DNA of 59,507 nucleotides, filler included. It is 8 parts of 8 records of this genome, joined end to end, with 100 filler letters (N's around TTAATTAATTAA, not from the genome) between each part and the next. Parts side by side here need not be neighbours in the genome. Positions count along the whole stretch, not along the records: positions 1 to 10,680 come from SRR31147125_253047; positions 10,781 to 16,584 come from SRR31147125_253375; positions 16,685 to 24,874 come from SRR31147125_253550; 5 more parts are not named here. One strand, 5' to 3'. Shown here one piece after another: positions 10,310 to 21,588 of the stretch (its first letter is position 1; each line of letters opens with the position of its first letter). The position numbers were made by a program, and so were the translations under genes. The notes under the pieces were generated by a model. The model had not been told where the DNA came from, searched no databases, and saw only the letters and a list, made by a program, of their open reading frames with translations.

Positions 10310-10680
10310 ATGCAGACCAGCCTGATCGATGTTACGGACTTGAAGGTCCACTTCCCTCTATACTCAAAGGGGCTTTTCCGCAAATTAGTCGGTCATGTCA
10401 AGGCGGTGGACGGCGTTTCGTTCACGCTTGAAAAAGGGCAGACGCTCGGACTCGTCGGGGAGAGCGGTTCCGGTAAGACGACAATCGGCCGTGCGATCCT
10501 GCGCGCACTCGATACGACCGACGGCACCATCACGTTCAACAAAGACGGCAGCCCGACCGATCTCGTCGCACTGAAAGGCAAGGAGCTGAAAAAATTCCGC
10601 CGGCACATGCAGCTCATCTTCCAGGATCCCTACGCGTCGCTCAACCCGCGCATGACCGTGCGCGACATCATCGCCGAACC
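10310..10680 (+). CDS. ABC ATPase, OppF/DppF family (3' truncated at contig end)
   Basis: VKAVDGVSF, GESGSGKT, IFQDPYASLNPR. Confidence 0.9.
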
Positions 10681-10780
10681 NNNNNNNNNNNNNNNNNNNN
10701 NNNNNNNNNNNNNNNNNNNNNNNNTTAATTAATTAANNNNNNNNNNNNNNNNNNNNNNNNNNNNNNNNNNNNNNNNNNNN
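10681..10780. other. artificial contig spacer
   Basis: N44-TTAATTAATTAA-N44, giving stops in all six frames. Confidence 0.98.
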
Positions 10781-10836
10781 GCGGGCAGGCAGGCAGGCAG
10801 GCAGGCAGGCCGGGGCTGACGCAGATGTGTGTGTAG

Positions 10837-11045
10837 GTCTTCTTTCCATGGCGAACGCAGGTCCCAACACCAATGGATCGCAATTCTTCATCACCCTTGA
10901 CAAGACGGCATGGCTGGATGGCAAGCATGTCGTATTTGGCAAGGTTGTGGAAGGCATGAACGTCGTGCAAAGGATGGAGCAAACCGGAAGCCAGAGTGGC
11001 AAGACCGGAGTCCCCGTGGCGATCAGCGACTGTGGGCAGCTTTGA
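10837..11045 (+). CDS. cyclophilin (PPIase), last exon
   Basis: [19 protein letters not shown]...[12 protein letters not shown]...ISDCGQL*. Preceded by an intron end with GCTGAC branch-like motif, acceptor TAG at 10834-10836 and a (GGCA)n microsatellite. Confidence 0.95.
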
Positions 11046-11102
11046 AGGGGGAAAGGATCGTTGTCATGACAACGTAAACGTGGATCAGTCCGCCTCCTCT
11101 CC

Positions 11103-11705
11103 ATGCGGGTTGTGTCGGGGGGTCAAACGGGAGTGGATCGCGCAGGTCTGGACGCTGCGTTGGAGGCCGGTGTTCCTATTGGTGGATGGTGTCCACGGGG
11201 ACGGTTGGCGGAGGACGGTAGTGTTCCGGAGCGGTGGGTCGATGCATGGATGCGGTGGGGGATGACGACGCTTGGTGTGCGGTTAGATATCCCCTTCGTG
11301 AGGGTCCCTCGCCCGGCTATTTGGAACGCACCGAGTGGAACGCTCGAGATTCCGACGGCACCCTCATCCTGAACGTGGGTCCTCTTACTACGGGTTCTCT
11401 CTACACAGAGAAAATGGCAAAGCGACACCAGAGACCCTGTATGGTCCTTCAGCTTGAGAAAACACGAGACGGAGAAGAGGCCATCACGGCGGGACTTGAG
11501 GATGTGCGACGCTGGATGAGACAACACAAGATCCGAGTACTGAATGTTGCCGTACGTCTCTCTTCCTTCCTTGGAGTATGCGTGAATCCCACGATCGCTC
11601 CCTCAGGGACCCAGAGAAACGAAGACACCAGGAATCTACGCGGAGGCACGGGCGTTTCTGACGTCCTTATTCAAATCTTTGTATGAACAAGAGGATCACG
11701 CTTAG
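11103..11705 (+). CDS. SLOG-superfamily cpYpsA ('putative molybdenum carrier') protein, 3 exons: 11103-11233, 11287-11551, 11607-11705
   Basis: Splicing out GT-AG introns 11234-11286 (53 nt) and 11552-11606 (55 nt) restores [53 protein letters not shown]. Confidence 0.88.
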
Positions 11706-14700
11706 AGACGGGTCGGTGCCCTGCCGGAATAGCAGCGTTGGGGAAGGCTTGGCTCCCACAAATACAACGCACCTCTTTCTCCTCTTGGCCGCGGGACGTC
11801 TTTCTTGAGGGGGTATACACGGCTGAATCAGATAGGGCGCTACATCTGCGTTCTCCTTTACAAGGTATTCGCCAATGAACTGGAGGGATGTGTCAGGAGG
11901 GAAACGAACAGAACAGAACAGAACATACCTCGGTTAACAAGCACTGCACACCACGAGCCGCTAATGCCCTTACAGCATCAGGAAGGGCGTCCACGGAACT
12001 CTGTTTTGAAAGGAATCAGCAACAACAAACCACACACAAGGCAGCGCACCATAAACAGATGTGTTCCTCCCTCAATCGGAAACGGTGGATGGGTTGCAAG
12101 CACACAAGCTGGACCGACACCCCCATGAACACCACCACCACCACCAGAATACAAACCTCCCCCAGCTTCTAATACACGTTGTAATCCACCACGTTTGGTC
12201 TCGTCCACATGAAGGAAGACCTCCCACCCGGAAAAGGCCTGATCCACATGTCACGATCAATCAAGAGAGCTCCTCACGTACGCCTAATTGTCTGGAACCC
12301 GCAAGATGCAGACGCCACCGTCGTGCAGCGGCAGAGGTGCATTTAACATCTGGCCCCACACAATCAGAATTCCTTCGTAATGAGGTGATACAACACGGTA
12401 AGGCACCTTCATCACGACCAAACTCAGGTGTCCATTCGTGGGGTTCCTCTTCAGCGAGTCCACTGCTTGTGAGGCAGGCCTCCACATAAGATGGTCGCAA
12501 AACCCTTTGCCGCCATGTGACCCCACCGTCCCTGCTCTTCCCTGTTCTGTTCCTCGTACCATTTTCCTGCTGCACAACTGGCCAAATACTTCTCATTTCG
12601 AACAGGGGAGCGGGAAATCAGGTGCGTTATGGAAGGATTGTACATGAGTTGTTCGTCGACGGTCAAACCAACCTGCTCTGAATTTAACAATCCATACAGA
12701 GGCACAGAGGCACACACCTTCCGTAGATTCTCGGTCAGAAGTGTGCGATCTTTCACACGAAACCCTGATAATTGAAATAACACCTTCGCTCCATCATCTG
12801 TGGCTTGAGCGCCTCGTGACCGCTCCATCAAGCGACAGATATCCGTAATCTCCGTCCCAATTCCCGGGGTAATTCCCCCCGGTGTTGCGACATGGGTGAA
12901 GTAAATGCACCAGGAGGTCCGGTGGCATAGGATACAACCTACACGATGGGAAGGATGATATGAGTACGAGCAACGACGGGAACAGGGAAGAAGGCCTCAA
13001 CCTGTGATTCAATCAATTCCTCTTCATCCTCGGTTTCTCGTGATTCATGTCGATGGGGTGCCAATCGTGGAGGGAGCTGGGATCAAGCAATAACTCAGCC
13101 ATGGGAACGTGTGTCCACATGAGAACGCACAGAGGGAAAGCCCTCCTCACATTCCAGATCACGATGGCTCAGACGTTTGGTGGGGACAATGGGATCCTGT
13201 GTTCCGTCAAAGGAGACCTCTTGCATGGTACACGTGCCGTCGCACCACAGCCGCATGCGAAATACACGAGGGTTTGGGAGAAGCCCCCGCTTGGACGCGC
13301 TCCACTAACCGTTCCAGTACCGATGATGTCGTGGGTGTAACCTTACACGGAGTCTGTCAGCCCATCCATCAATCATGTGCCACAGCAGATCTCACTTCTG
13401 GGACCTCGGAGTTGATGACGTGTCTGGGGAGTATTCAACACAATACAGAGAGTTGCTGAAGATACGCACGGATATTCTGATTCATCTACTCTCGTCCCTT
13501 TTGCGTGACACTGCTCCAACCAAAGGGGAGACACAATTTTCACAGTCTTTTCCGGAAAGATTCAGATTCAGAGAACCGACGCACCACAAACACATAATGT
13601 ACACACCTTTGCATTCTGAGCGGCCCGGTACTCTCGACCCGTTTCTCCCTCCCGTCCTTGGCATATAAAGTGGGTTGCTTTCCCCACGGCGGTACATACG
13701 TCCCTGTTCACCAAAGGGTTGGAACGAGGCATGCAGAAGGCACACAGGGCGTACCCTCCGTGTGCTCGGACAAGTTCCTCGAGTTCAGCTACACGCTCCT
13801 TCTGAATTTTGATGCAATGAGAGAGAACTCAGTTGGGTTCATCCCTTACCGGAAGCTTTCGATGAAAAACGACAACAACACCTTCAAGCGCTCCTTTTCT
13901 TGTTGAGGGTGGTGGCGGTGGTGATGGATCCTTTGCAAGAAGAAAACTCCTTTCGTCAATGCGTCCTCCCTGTTCACCACACAGCGATTGCCTCAGGGAC
14001 ATGCACCGAAGGATTGTCCAGGCACCTTTTTCGCACAGGTGGCCAGCCAGGCCGATTTAATAATGGGGATACCCCACTCGCAGGCCTTATCAAATCTGTT
14101 CTCGTTCAAAAATGACACTTCCTCATTTGGCGGCACAACGCACTAACGCACTTGGGTCCACAGGGTTCATCACACACAAGATGCGTGTTTTTGTTGCGCA
14201 GAAATCGGTTTGTCAAGCTACACATGGGATGAATGAAGGTGGAAGGAAGTTCTTGCACTCCACGCACCTGGCACCCAGTGTGCGAATCAGTGTTTCCACC
14301 CAGTTTCGTTCATAATCAACATAATTCGAGACACAGAGACACAGACTTCTCATTCCATCCAGAGGTGGTGCCACGGGCCACGGTTCAAAGAGAATGGACG
14401 CAGTAGGGTCGTGGATACGTGCGTCCTGAGACGAGATGTGTTGGTCTGCTTGTTTGTTTGTTTGTTTGCGATTTGCTTGTATCGTACTTGCTTGCAGAGG
14501 CAAACCCATTGCGGCGTGACCACACCCTCTTGGGCTTTTCGAGAAAGACGAAGATCTGGGCGTTCTCCGTGTTCACATATCAAATAGTGAAGAGTCTGAA
14601 ATGTTTCCTGAGCGTGAATGGCGTGATACTCTACTCAACCCACCTGAGACGGAAGATTAGCAATCATGGCATCAAGGATCCGTCCACCACATCCCCGTAT

Positions 14701-16584
14701 GTCATCTTCCAGTTCCTGCCATCCGATTAGTCCCATGCCCCACCCTGGCGTCGTCCATCTGACCTTGTTCTCCTGTTGAAGCGCAAACGAACTTCCTGTG
14801 AACAACCCCGGTGCGACGGCTGCAGAAGGTGCTTGGGTATGAGTAGCGCCACACGTAGTCGGAACTTCATCGCGTGTATACCTGTCATGTCGTGTTTCGT
14901 GTTTGTGTGGTCTGATTGAATCCACTACACGTACATCTCAGTGAAGCCCAACGAAAGATGATCGGGCTTAGGAGACGCTGTGGCCACGTCCGATCGCCTT
15001 CGAACAACCTCAAAGGCAACACCCCCCTTCTCGCTTCCCTTACAGAGGATTCGTCCCCCTTCGTCTAAGCGAATGGGTGTGGGCGAGCAGCACAGCGGTG
15101 ATCTCCACCCACCCACCCACCCACCCAATGGTAGGAGAAAGGGCGCAGGATCTTCCACCTTTCGCGTTCGATGACACGCGAGCAGCCACTTCTCCGAAAC
15201 AACAAGTGGAACACGAGAAGTTGATGGAAGGACAAAATTCCTGAAACACGTTACACTTGCTTGGTGGAGGCACACAAAGTCGCACTTCTCTTCACATGGG
15301 GCAACGACGACATGGGTTACCATGTCTCCGAATGTGGAAAGGCGAGTTGCTCCGCCTGAACGAAGAATAGCCACACACTGGACGGGGAGGATTGAATGGT
15401 GGTGCCACACAAGATCTCCCTCCCCAACCTTCTTTAACGCTGCACCAGTGAATCCTGCCAAGAACACGCGGCATGCATCCATATACATATCGTCATCTTC
15501 AGGCCCAGGCTCATTATCTTCCAGTTCCTCTCTGACAGGAAATCGAGATTCAGGGAGACGCGCTGATGGATTTCATGGGAATGAGACCCCCAAAGGGACG
15601 ACAACACGAATACGAACCTTGCGCTTTGATGGTTTCATAGAACCAGGTGGGATGGACAATGTACAGTTTCCAGGCCAAAGCGTGCTCGTATTTGCGTCCT
15701 TCAGGCAACTGTCGAAGACACACACACATATGAAAACCGTGCATACAAGATAACCCAACGATACCTCTGCGAGAAGATGTGTGCATTCCGTAGTTAGATC
15801 GGGAGAGTATTCGCCACCGTGAGCTACAACAAGGTTACGAATGCGCTCGCGATGATCGGATCCCACTTGTGTGACACTGATAACACAGCCGACAAGAGGA
15901 GGAAGGGTGTACTTGGAGGAATCGACACACGTATTTCTGTGAGGAGCGAGCCATTGTGAACATGGACGCGCGAGAGAGTGGGAGATACATACTGCTGACG
16001 GCATTCTTGAAGCCATTCTGGAGTGACAATCACACAAGAGGAGCTGTGCTCCACAGCTGCCTTGTACTTATCGGACCCCGGTGTAATTGCTACGGAAACA
16101 ATCAGTCAGAATAAACATCCACACACATACCAATGAGATGAGTGACTTGTGAGGTGAAATTACGGGCAAAGGCCCCACCTAGAAGAAGGACAGCTTCTTC
16201 AATAGTCCTCTGAAGAACCCCCACTCAATTGGTTGTCGTTATGAGAAAGGCGAATGGGTAGCACACCCGCGTGGGACCATAGATTCCAGTTGAACAAACA
16301 ACACAAGGGTGGAGGGCAAGAGATCGAACACAACAACCAGGAGGAGGGAGCGCGCGATCTCCACGGAGAAAAGCCCTTGTCACACACTCGGCTGGTCGAT
16401 TCTGCTGTCAAGGACACGGTCGAGCAGCATTCAGAGGAACGTACCAAGAACCCACTTGGTGAGTCCTACCAGTTCATCAAAGAGTCCGTCGTCGTCGTCG
16501 TCGGAAACGACATGGACAACAGAGACTGCGTTGACGTCGCCTGTCTTTGACCGGAATTCTTCTTCTTCTTCTTCTTCTTCTTCT
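11702..16584 (-). CDS. TOPBP1: TOPBP1/Rad4/Dpb11-like multi-BRCT protein, multi-exon, 5' truncated
   Basis: BRCT segments LPPLVGCVISVT..HGGEYSPDLTTECTHLL, KYEHALAWKLYIVHPTWF, RNEKYLASCAAGKW; terminal GVQCLLTE|FIGEYL and basic KRRKR tail; many short GT-AG introns. Confidence 0.8.
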
Positions 16585-16684
16585 NNNNNNNNNNNNNNNN
16601 NNNNNNNNNNNNNNNNNNNNNNNNNNNNTTAATTAATTAANNNNNNNNNNNNNNNNNNNNNNNNNNNNNNNNNNNNNNNNNNNN
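16585..16684. other. artificial contig spacer
   Basis: N44-TTAATTAATTAA-N44. Confidence 0.98.
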
Positions 16685-17455
16685 GAAACGGCCATCCGCG
16701 CCGCCGCGTATCCGTCGCACGAAATCCAGGGCGATCCGGCTCTTGCCTTGGCCAGCGACTCCAGCGACCTGCAGCCACCGAAACTCTGGCTCGTCTTCAT
16801 CCTTCTTCGGCTTGAGCAGGAAGTCTTCGAGCCTTTCGACTTCTTGTTGGCGCCCGACGAAGGCGCGACCTGTTTCTTCGCTCGACTGCGTGTAGTGAAA
16901 CAGCGCCTCGCTGCGATCCGGCATGGTCAACTTGGGTTGCGGCGTATCCAGAAACTCCGGTCCGAAGCCGTCGGTGATGGGGTTCCTACGGAACTCTTCC
17001 CAGATCGGAAGGGTTTGGCCGTCCTCACCGGAAAAGAGTGCTGAACAGATCGAGTAAACACCGTCATCGAAATTGGGTTTGCGCATGAAGTAGAGGAATA
17101 GAGCAATCGCCGAATCCAGACTTCCCATCCCGTTTGGAAGATTCTTATCGATCAGCGTTGCCGGGTTGCTGCTATAGGGGCGTAAATCTGCAGCATTGCG
17201 CGCTTTGCCGAGCAGGTCATTGCAAGTAGTTTCTCGGTTTTGCTCGCGCTGCTCAGCTGTTTTCCGGTCCTTCGGATCGATGTCGCGATACCGCTTCGTT
17301 TCCTCTGCATCAACGATCTGCTTCGAGAATTTCCCGACAGCTATCTTGAACTCGCGTTCTCGTTCTTTCGCCTCCGTTGAGGCTTTGACGCCCCTGGGAG
17401 TCGATATTCCCAGAATCCCGTTCAACTCGTCCTTGAGCGTCTGAAAATCCGCCAC
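16685..17455 (-). CDS. STAND-like P-loop NTPase with unknown N-terminal domain (3' truncated)
   Basis: FVGRQQEVERLEDFL followed by Walker A GVAGQGKS, the typical start of NB-ARC/AAA_16-like domains. Confidence 0.7.
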
Positions 17456-17527
17456 AACTCAACCTCACGACCAAGCGCATACCTCTCGACATCAGGGTAT
17501 TGGGGACGGGTAGGCTGTCAATGCGGC

Positions 17528-18022
17528 CTAAAAGGCTTCGGGCGCGGGTGGAGAGTTCGGCTTACGAACACGTTGGTCATAGCGCCAAAACTCCTGATGA
17601 AGAACGTCTCCAGAGTTGACATCAAACTCGATAATCGCCGGACCAACTTCCCTATGCTTTTTTCCGTTCTGGAAAAACTCTATGCGAAAGACCGCTCCAC
17701 TTTCGTGGTCGAACTTGATGATGGCTGGCTCATCACCGTCGCGGTGGATCTTCCCATGAGCGAACCAGACATGGCGTGTGTCATGTCCCGTATTTGGATC
17801 TCTGGCAATGACAGCCGGCGCGTCACGCCTGTCGCGTTCTCCGCGATAGTACCAAATGCACTGCTCCACGCCCCCGGAATGGGCATCATAGCTGATGTAA
17901 GCAGGTAGATCGTCGCCGCGATGGCGCAGGTCGTTTTCGTCGCGCCAATCCTCGACGATGATTCGTCCGGTTTGTCGGGAGTGTTTAATCAAGACCCTAT
18001 AGCTTTCGTCATAATCGCGCAT
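17528..18022 (-). CDS. hypothetical protein with GxxHR(x)xxPA(V/I)I repeats
   Basis: Three repeats: WYYRGERDRRDAPAVI, WFAHGKIHRDGDEPAII, FFQNGKKHREVGPAII. Confidence 0.75.
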   Translation of the reverse strand: MRDYDESYRVLIKHSRQTGRIIVEDWRDENDLRHRGDDLPAYISYDAHSGGVEQCIWYYRGERDRRDAPAVIARDPNTGHDTRHVWFAHGKIHRDGDEPAIIKFDHESGAVFRIEFFQNGKKHREVGPAIIEFDVNSGDVLHQEFWRYDQRVRKPNSPPAPEAF

Positions 18023-18227
18023 AATACCGGATAACAATAGCACGGCATTGGGTGGGATGTCAATTTTATTACATAATTACATGTGGTTAGGAATAGGTTC
18101 CCAATCTCTCCAGCGTTCCGAGACTATCATTTTTTAGGCTCCAGACCCGGCCTACCAAGGTCACAGGAAGTGCATCCAGCCTTCTCGGGAAGCCGGTTTC
18201 TCCAACCCAGACCTGGAGAGAAAACAA

Positions 18228-18602
18228 ATGTCTGGATCCGTCTATCGTGGGGAGCTGCGCTCCCCGAGTATTTGGGAATTGCGCAGGCCGGAGACTCGTC
18301 AGCGGCTTGCCCGCGCCCTCGCTGCCTGGTCCTGTTCGAGCGAGGAGGTCGTCGACCGGACGATCCACGAGATCTTCTATGGCCATGAAGGCCGGCTCGT
18401 GGATTACCGGGGCCAGCCAATCGACAAGGAGAGCCTCGAGCTTGTCGAACTCTTTGGCGAGGATGCCGGACGCTCGATCCGGGCGCTGTGCGAATGCGCC
18501 GGAAAGTTGCCGCGCAAGCGCCTGCAGCATCGGCTCGTCGACCGGATGATGTACATCGCTTTCGCCGTCGAAATCGAGCGGCGCCGGAGCGCACAAGCCT
18601 GA
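18228..18602 (+). CDS. hypothetical protein, 124 aa
   Basis: GGAGAG RBS upstream; followed by a terminator. Confidence 0.6.
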   Translation: MSGSVYRGELRSPSIWELRRPETRQRLARALAAWSCSSEEVVDRTIHEIFYGHEGRLVDYRGQPIDKESLELVELFGEDAGRSIRALCECAGKLPRKRLQHRLVDRMMYIAFAVEIERRRSAQA

Positions 18603-18615
18603 CCTTTTCCACTCC

Positions 18616-18647
18616 GCGGCCCGGCATCTCGTCGGGCCGTTTTCTTT
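18616..18647 (+). terminator. rho-independent terminator
   Basis: GCGGCCCGGC-ATCTC-GTCGGGCCGT followed by TTTCTTT. Confidence 0.7.
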
Positions 18648-18790
18648 CGCAACACCCCGATCTCCCGGCTGGGCGCCATCCGCGGAACCCGCCGGATACT
18701 CGCCGGAACCGCGCCGCCCGCTCGCCTGCGGCGAGCGCACGGGACGGGCAATCGGAACGGGCGAACCCTCTTGCAACAGGAGTTACCACG

Positions 18791-20005
18791 ATGTCCCAAA
18801 AACAACGCAAAGAGCCACCGCCGCGTCAGGCGGAGAAACACCCTTTCGTCGATCCCATTGCCTCATTCGAGCTTCTTCTCGAGAAAGTCACGCTGCGCGA
18901 AGCCCTGACCGCCATTCTGCTGCTGATCCCCGCCTTCGCAACAACGATGCTGACCTATTTTGGCACCGTCATGCCATTGTCCGAACAGGGCGGAGGAATT
19001 GTCACCAAAGGTCAGGCACTCGCCTTTGCCATCACCATCGGGATCTTTTCGTGGCTCGGCTGGTTTTACGGGTTCGGACTCTTATACCGGCTTACCGGGG
19101 CGCGTCTGAGAACGGCGCTCTTCGCCGGGACGATGTTCCTGGGAATGATTGTCGCGATTGACAGCTCCTTCAACATGAATGCCCTGGCCGGCGGATCCGC
19201 CGTGCAGATGTCGATTGCCGATACCTCGAAGCATTACAATGCCCGGGTCCGCTCGGTCGCGGAAAGAAGTGGTCAAGCCCAACAGCTTCTGCCAGCCATC
19301 AGGGGGCAGGGAGAGCGCTTCAAGAAGCTCGGTGAAGGCGAAGAACAGTTCGGCACTTTCTCGGGCAGTTCCGGCCAAGGCAAGGTCTCGGCCGCCTTTT
19401 TCCAGATCCATCACCTTCTGAACGGGCTTGACCGGGAAATCGAGGCCGGGCTCACCGCATCCGAAGCGATCCAGGCGGAGATCGCCGAGGGGCTCGCGGC
19501 GATCAAGACCGAGACCTACACCACGGGGCCGTTGCGCCCGCGTGTGCGGCGGGTCTCGATTGCGGCCGACGGTCTCGACGCCGCGCTTGGGCGCCTCGAA
19601 CGCTACGATTATACCGTGTCCATCGAGGCGACGCTGACCAGCCTGCGCGCGATCTTTCCGACGCCCACGACGGCGCGTTCCGACTTCGAGGCGGTTCAGA
19701 ATGCCGAGATGGCGGTGATCGCACAGATGGCCGTGCCCGTGGCGGAAAGTCTGCAGGCGGCGCTGGATACGCTTCAGAAGGACGAGGCGGTGCATCTGGA
19801 GCCCATCCGGCCCGAACATGCCGTCACCGCGATCCGCACTTATTGGCGCGCGCTGATCTTTCAGTGGGCAGCTGCGATCTTTATCGACATCGCCCCTGCC
19901 TGCCTCCTGATCATCCTCACGGCCGCATTCCGTGAGGCTGACCGCGTCAGCGTTTTCCAGTGGCGTGCTGCAAACGATCCCACCTCCCCCAAGAAGGAAT
20001 CCTGA
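18791..20005 (+). CDS. multi-pass membrane protein with large helical/coiled-coil loop
   Basis: CAGGAG RBS; three N-terminal hydrophobic helices, a long amphipathic region and a C-terminal TM helix. Confidence 0.75.
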   Translation: MSQKQRKEPPPRQAEKHPFVDPIASFELLLEKVTLREALTAILLLIPAFATTMLTYFGTVMPLSEQGGGIVTKGQALAFAITIGIFSWLGWFYGFGLLYRLTGARLRTALFAGTMFLGMIVAIDSSFNMNALAGGSAVQMSIADTSKHYNARVRSVAERSGQAQQLLPAIRGQGERFKKLGEGEEQFGTFSGSSGQGKVSAAFFQIHHLLNGLDREIEAGLTASEAIQAEIAEGLAAIKTETYTTGPLRPRVRRVSIAADGLDAALGRLERYDYTVSIEATLTSLRAIFPTPTTARSDFEAVQNAEMAVIAQMAVPVAESLQAALDTLQKDEAVHLEPIRPEHAVTAIRTYWRALIFQWAAAIFIDIAPACLLIILTAAFREADRVSVFQWRAANDPTSPKKES

Positions 20006-20008
20006 TCC

Positions 20009-20500
20009 ATGTTCCGCTCCATCGGCCGGATGGCCGCGCTCATCCTCTCCACCGTGCTGACCGCTTTGGTCATCGCCGGCATTGCCCTCTTGATCTGGCT
20101 CGATATCGCCTCCGACCTGCAGGAGGCCCGACCGGGCAATGCCCCCGATCCGATTGCCCGGATCTTCAGGGACGTCTCCAGCATCACCTTCTTCATTCAG
20201 CGCCCGCTTGCCGGCACGGCCTATGAAATCACGACGGGGGCTGCCTTCGACACACCCGCGGCCGTCGCTGCCGAGGAGCCGGAGAGTCAATGGTGCTACG
20301 TCAGTATCGAAGAGGACGGTCTGACCAGTCGCCTCGATCTCGGCAAGCGGACAGGCCGCGCGGCGCCGGAATTCTACGAACTCACCGGTCTCGCGCCGGA
20401 GGTCTGGTCCCGGCTCGGTATCACTCGGGAAGGGCTGGAAGCGTCCGCCCGCAAAGACTGCGTCTTCCGCGGCTTCGATCCGCGTGAGGCCGGGTCCTGA
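20009..20500 (+). CDS. membrane-anchored hypothetical protein
   Basis: N-terminal TM helix, WCY motif, AAGGA RBS. Confidence 0.7.
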   Translation: MFRSIGRMAALILSTVLTALVIAGIALLIWLDIASDLQEARPGNAPDPIARIFRDVSSITFFIQRPLAGTAYEITTGAAFDTPAAVAAEEPESQWCYVSIEEDGLTSRLDLGKRTGRAAPEFYELTGLAPEVWSRLGITREGLEASARKDCVFRGFDPREAGS

Positions 20501-20594
20501 CCACGCTGGCGGTCTCCGGAGACCGGGGGCCGCCAACTCATCGCCCGTCAGGGTGGCGGGCGATGGGAGCTGAAGCGACTTACAGGAGGTCTAC

Positions 20595-21221
20595 ATGATT
20601 GATCTACTCTCCCGCATCGCGCCGCCCGAGGTAAGCTTGCCCGCCTTGCTGGCCGGAGCCGCCTGGATCGGGCTGAACCACGCGGTAATCGCCCCGGAGA
20701 TCGCCGAAAGGCTGGCCAGGAAGCATTATGTGCCGGAATGTTCCGCCGCGACGGAGGCCCAGGAGGCGGAGCGACTGGCCGCGTATGAAACACGGGTGGC
20801 GCGGCTGCAGAGCAGCTTTGACGCGAAACTCGCCGCGGCCCGGGAAAAAGCCGAGAAGATCCAGGCGGAGATCGAACGCCGGAAGGCATTGACCGACTCG
20901 CTGATTGGCACGCTGCTGCCGGGCGATCTTCTTGATGCGCTGGACCCCGACGGGGTGTTGCGCGAGCTGGCCGAAGGCGCCTTGCCGTCTGCGCCTCAGC
21001 TGAAGGATCTGGGGCTCATGGCACCGGATATCCCGCCGGCGCCGGAGGTGCTGAGCGCGGAAGGCCGGGATGCAGCCTGCGCCCAGGCCGCCGATACGGT
21101 TCTCGACGCGCATCGCTGGGACTGGGCGTTCTATACCGCCAGCGCCACCTTTTACGCCCCCGCCTCGGTGCGGGATATCGGCGGGCTCATTGCCGGGAAG
21201 ATGGAGGGGTATCATGAGTGA
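20595..21221 (+). CDS. membrane-anchored coiled-coil hypothetical protein
   Basis: AGGAGG RBS; N-terminal hydrophobic segment; heptad-rich middle. Confidence 0.7.
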   Translation: MIDLLSRIAPPEVSLPALLAGAAWIGLNHAVIAPEIAERLARKHYVPECSAATEAQEAERLAAYETRVARLQSSFDAKLAAAREKAEKIQAEIERRKALTDSLIGTLLPGDLLDALDPDGVLRELAEGALPSAPQLKDLGLMAPDIPPAPEVLSAEGRDAACAQAADTVLDAHRWDWAFYTASATFYAPASVRDIGGLIAGKMEGYHE

Positions 21222-21588
21222 TCGCCTCGAGATTGATCGGGAGTGCCATGTGCAGCACCGGACCCTCTATGCGGGGCGCAGGCGGATCCGCCTCGAACGG
21301 TTGGAGCAGACCCGGCTCAGCCGCCCCGGGATTGGGGTTGCGCTCGCGCTCGGCGCCCTGTCCGGCGCAGTGGCGGCGGTTTTCCACGACATCCTCTATA
21401 CCCACGAGATCGCCCTCATGCTCGGCCTGCCCCTGGCGCTGCTGCCGCTGATAGCCCAGATCGGCCTGCTGCGGCTTGAGCATCACGGTATCGGCGGCAC
21501 AAGCACGCTTATTGGCCCGCATCGGCGCTTGAGGCGCATCCGCGACGCCATCGATGCGGCCCTGGATGCGGCGGAGAAGCAGCCATGA
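21214..21588 (+). CDS. two-TM hypothetical protein
   Basis: GGAGG RBS; overlaps the upstream stop; two hydrophobic helices. Confidence 0.65.
   Translation: MSDRLEIDRECHVQHRTLYAGRRRIRLERLEQTRLSRPGIGVALALGALSGAVAAVFHDILYTHEIALMLGLPLALLPLIAQIGLLRLEHHGIGGTSTLIGPHRRLRRIRDAIDAALDAAEKQP

Noticed and set aside
10781-16584. Fragmented ORFs in C2, C6 and C8 as pseudogenes or an alternative genetic code
   Set aside because: The breaks I traced are explained by GT-AG introns (one C8 junction remains unresolved), and TAA, TAG and TGA all serve as terminal stops.
20511-20524. Two inverted BsaI sites as a cloning scar
   Set aside because: They sit in a natural-looking palindrome with no vector sequence around them.
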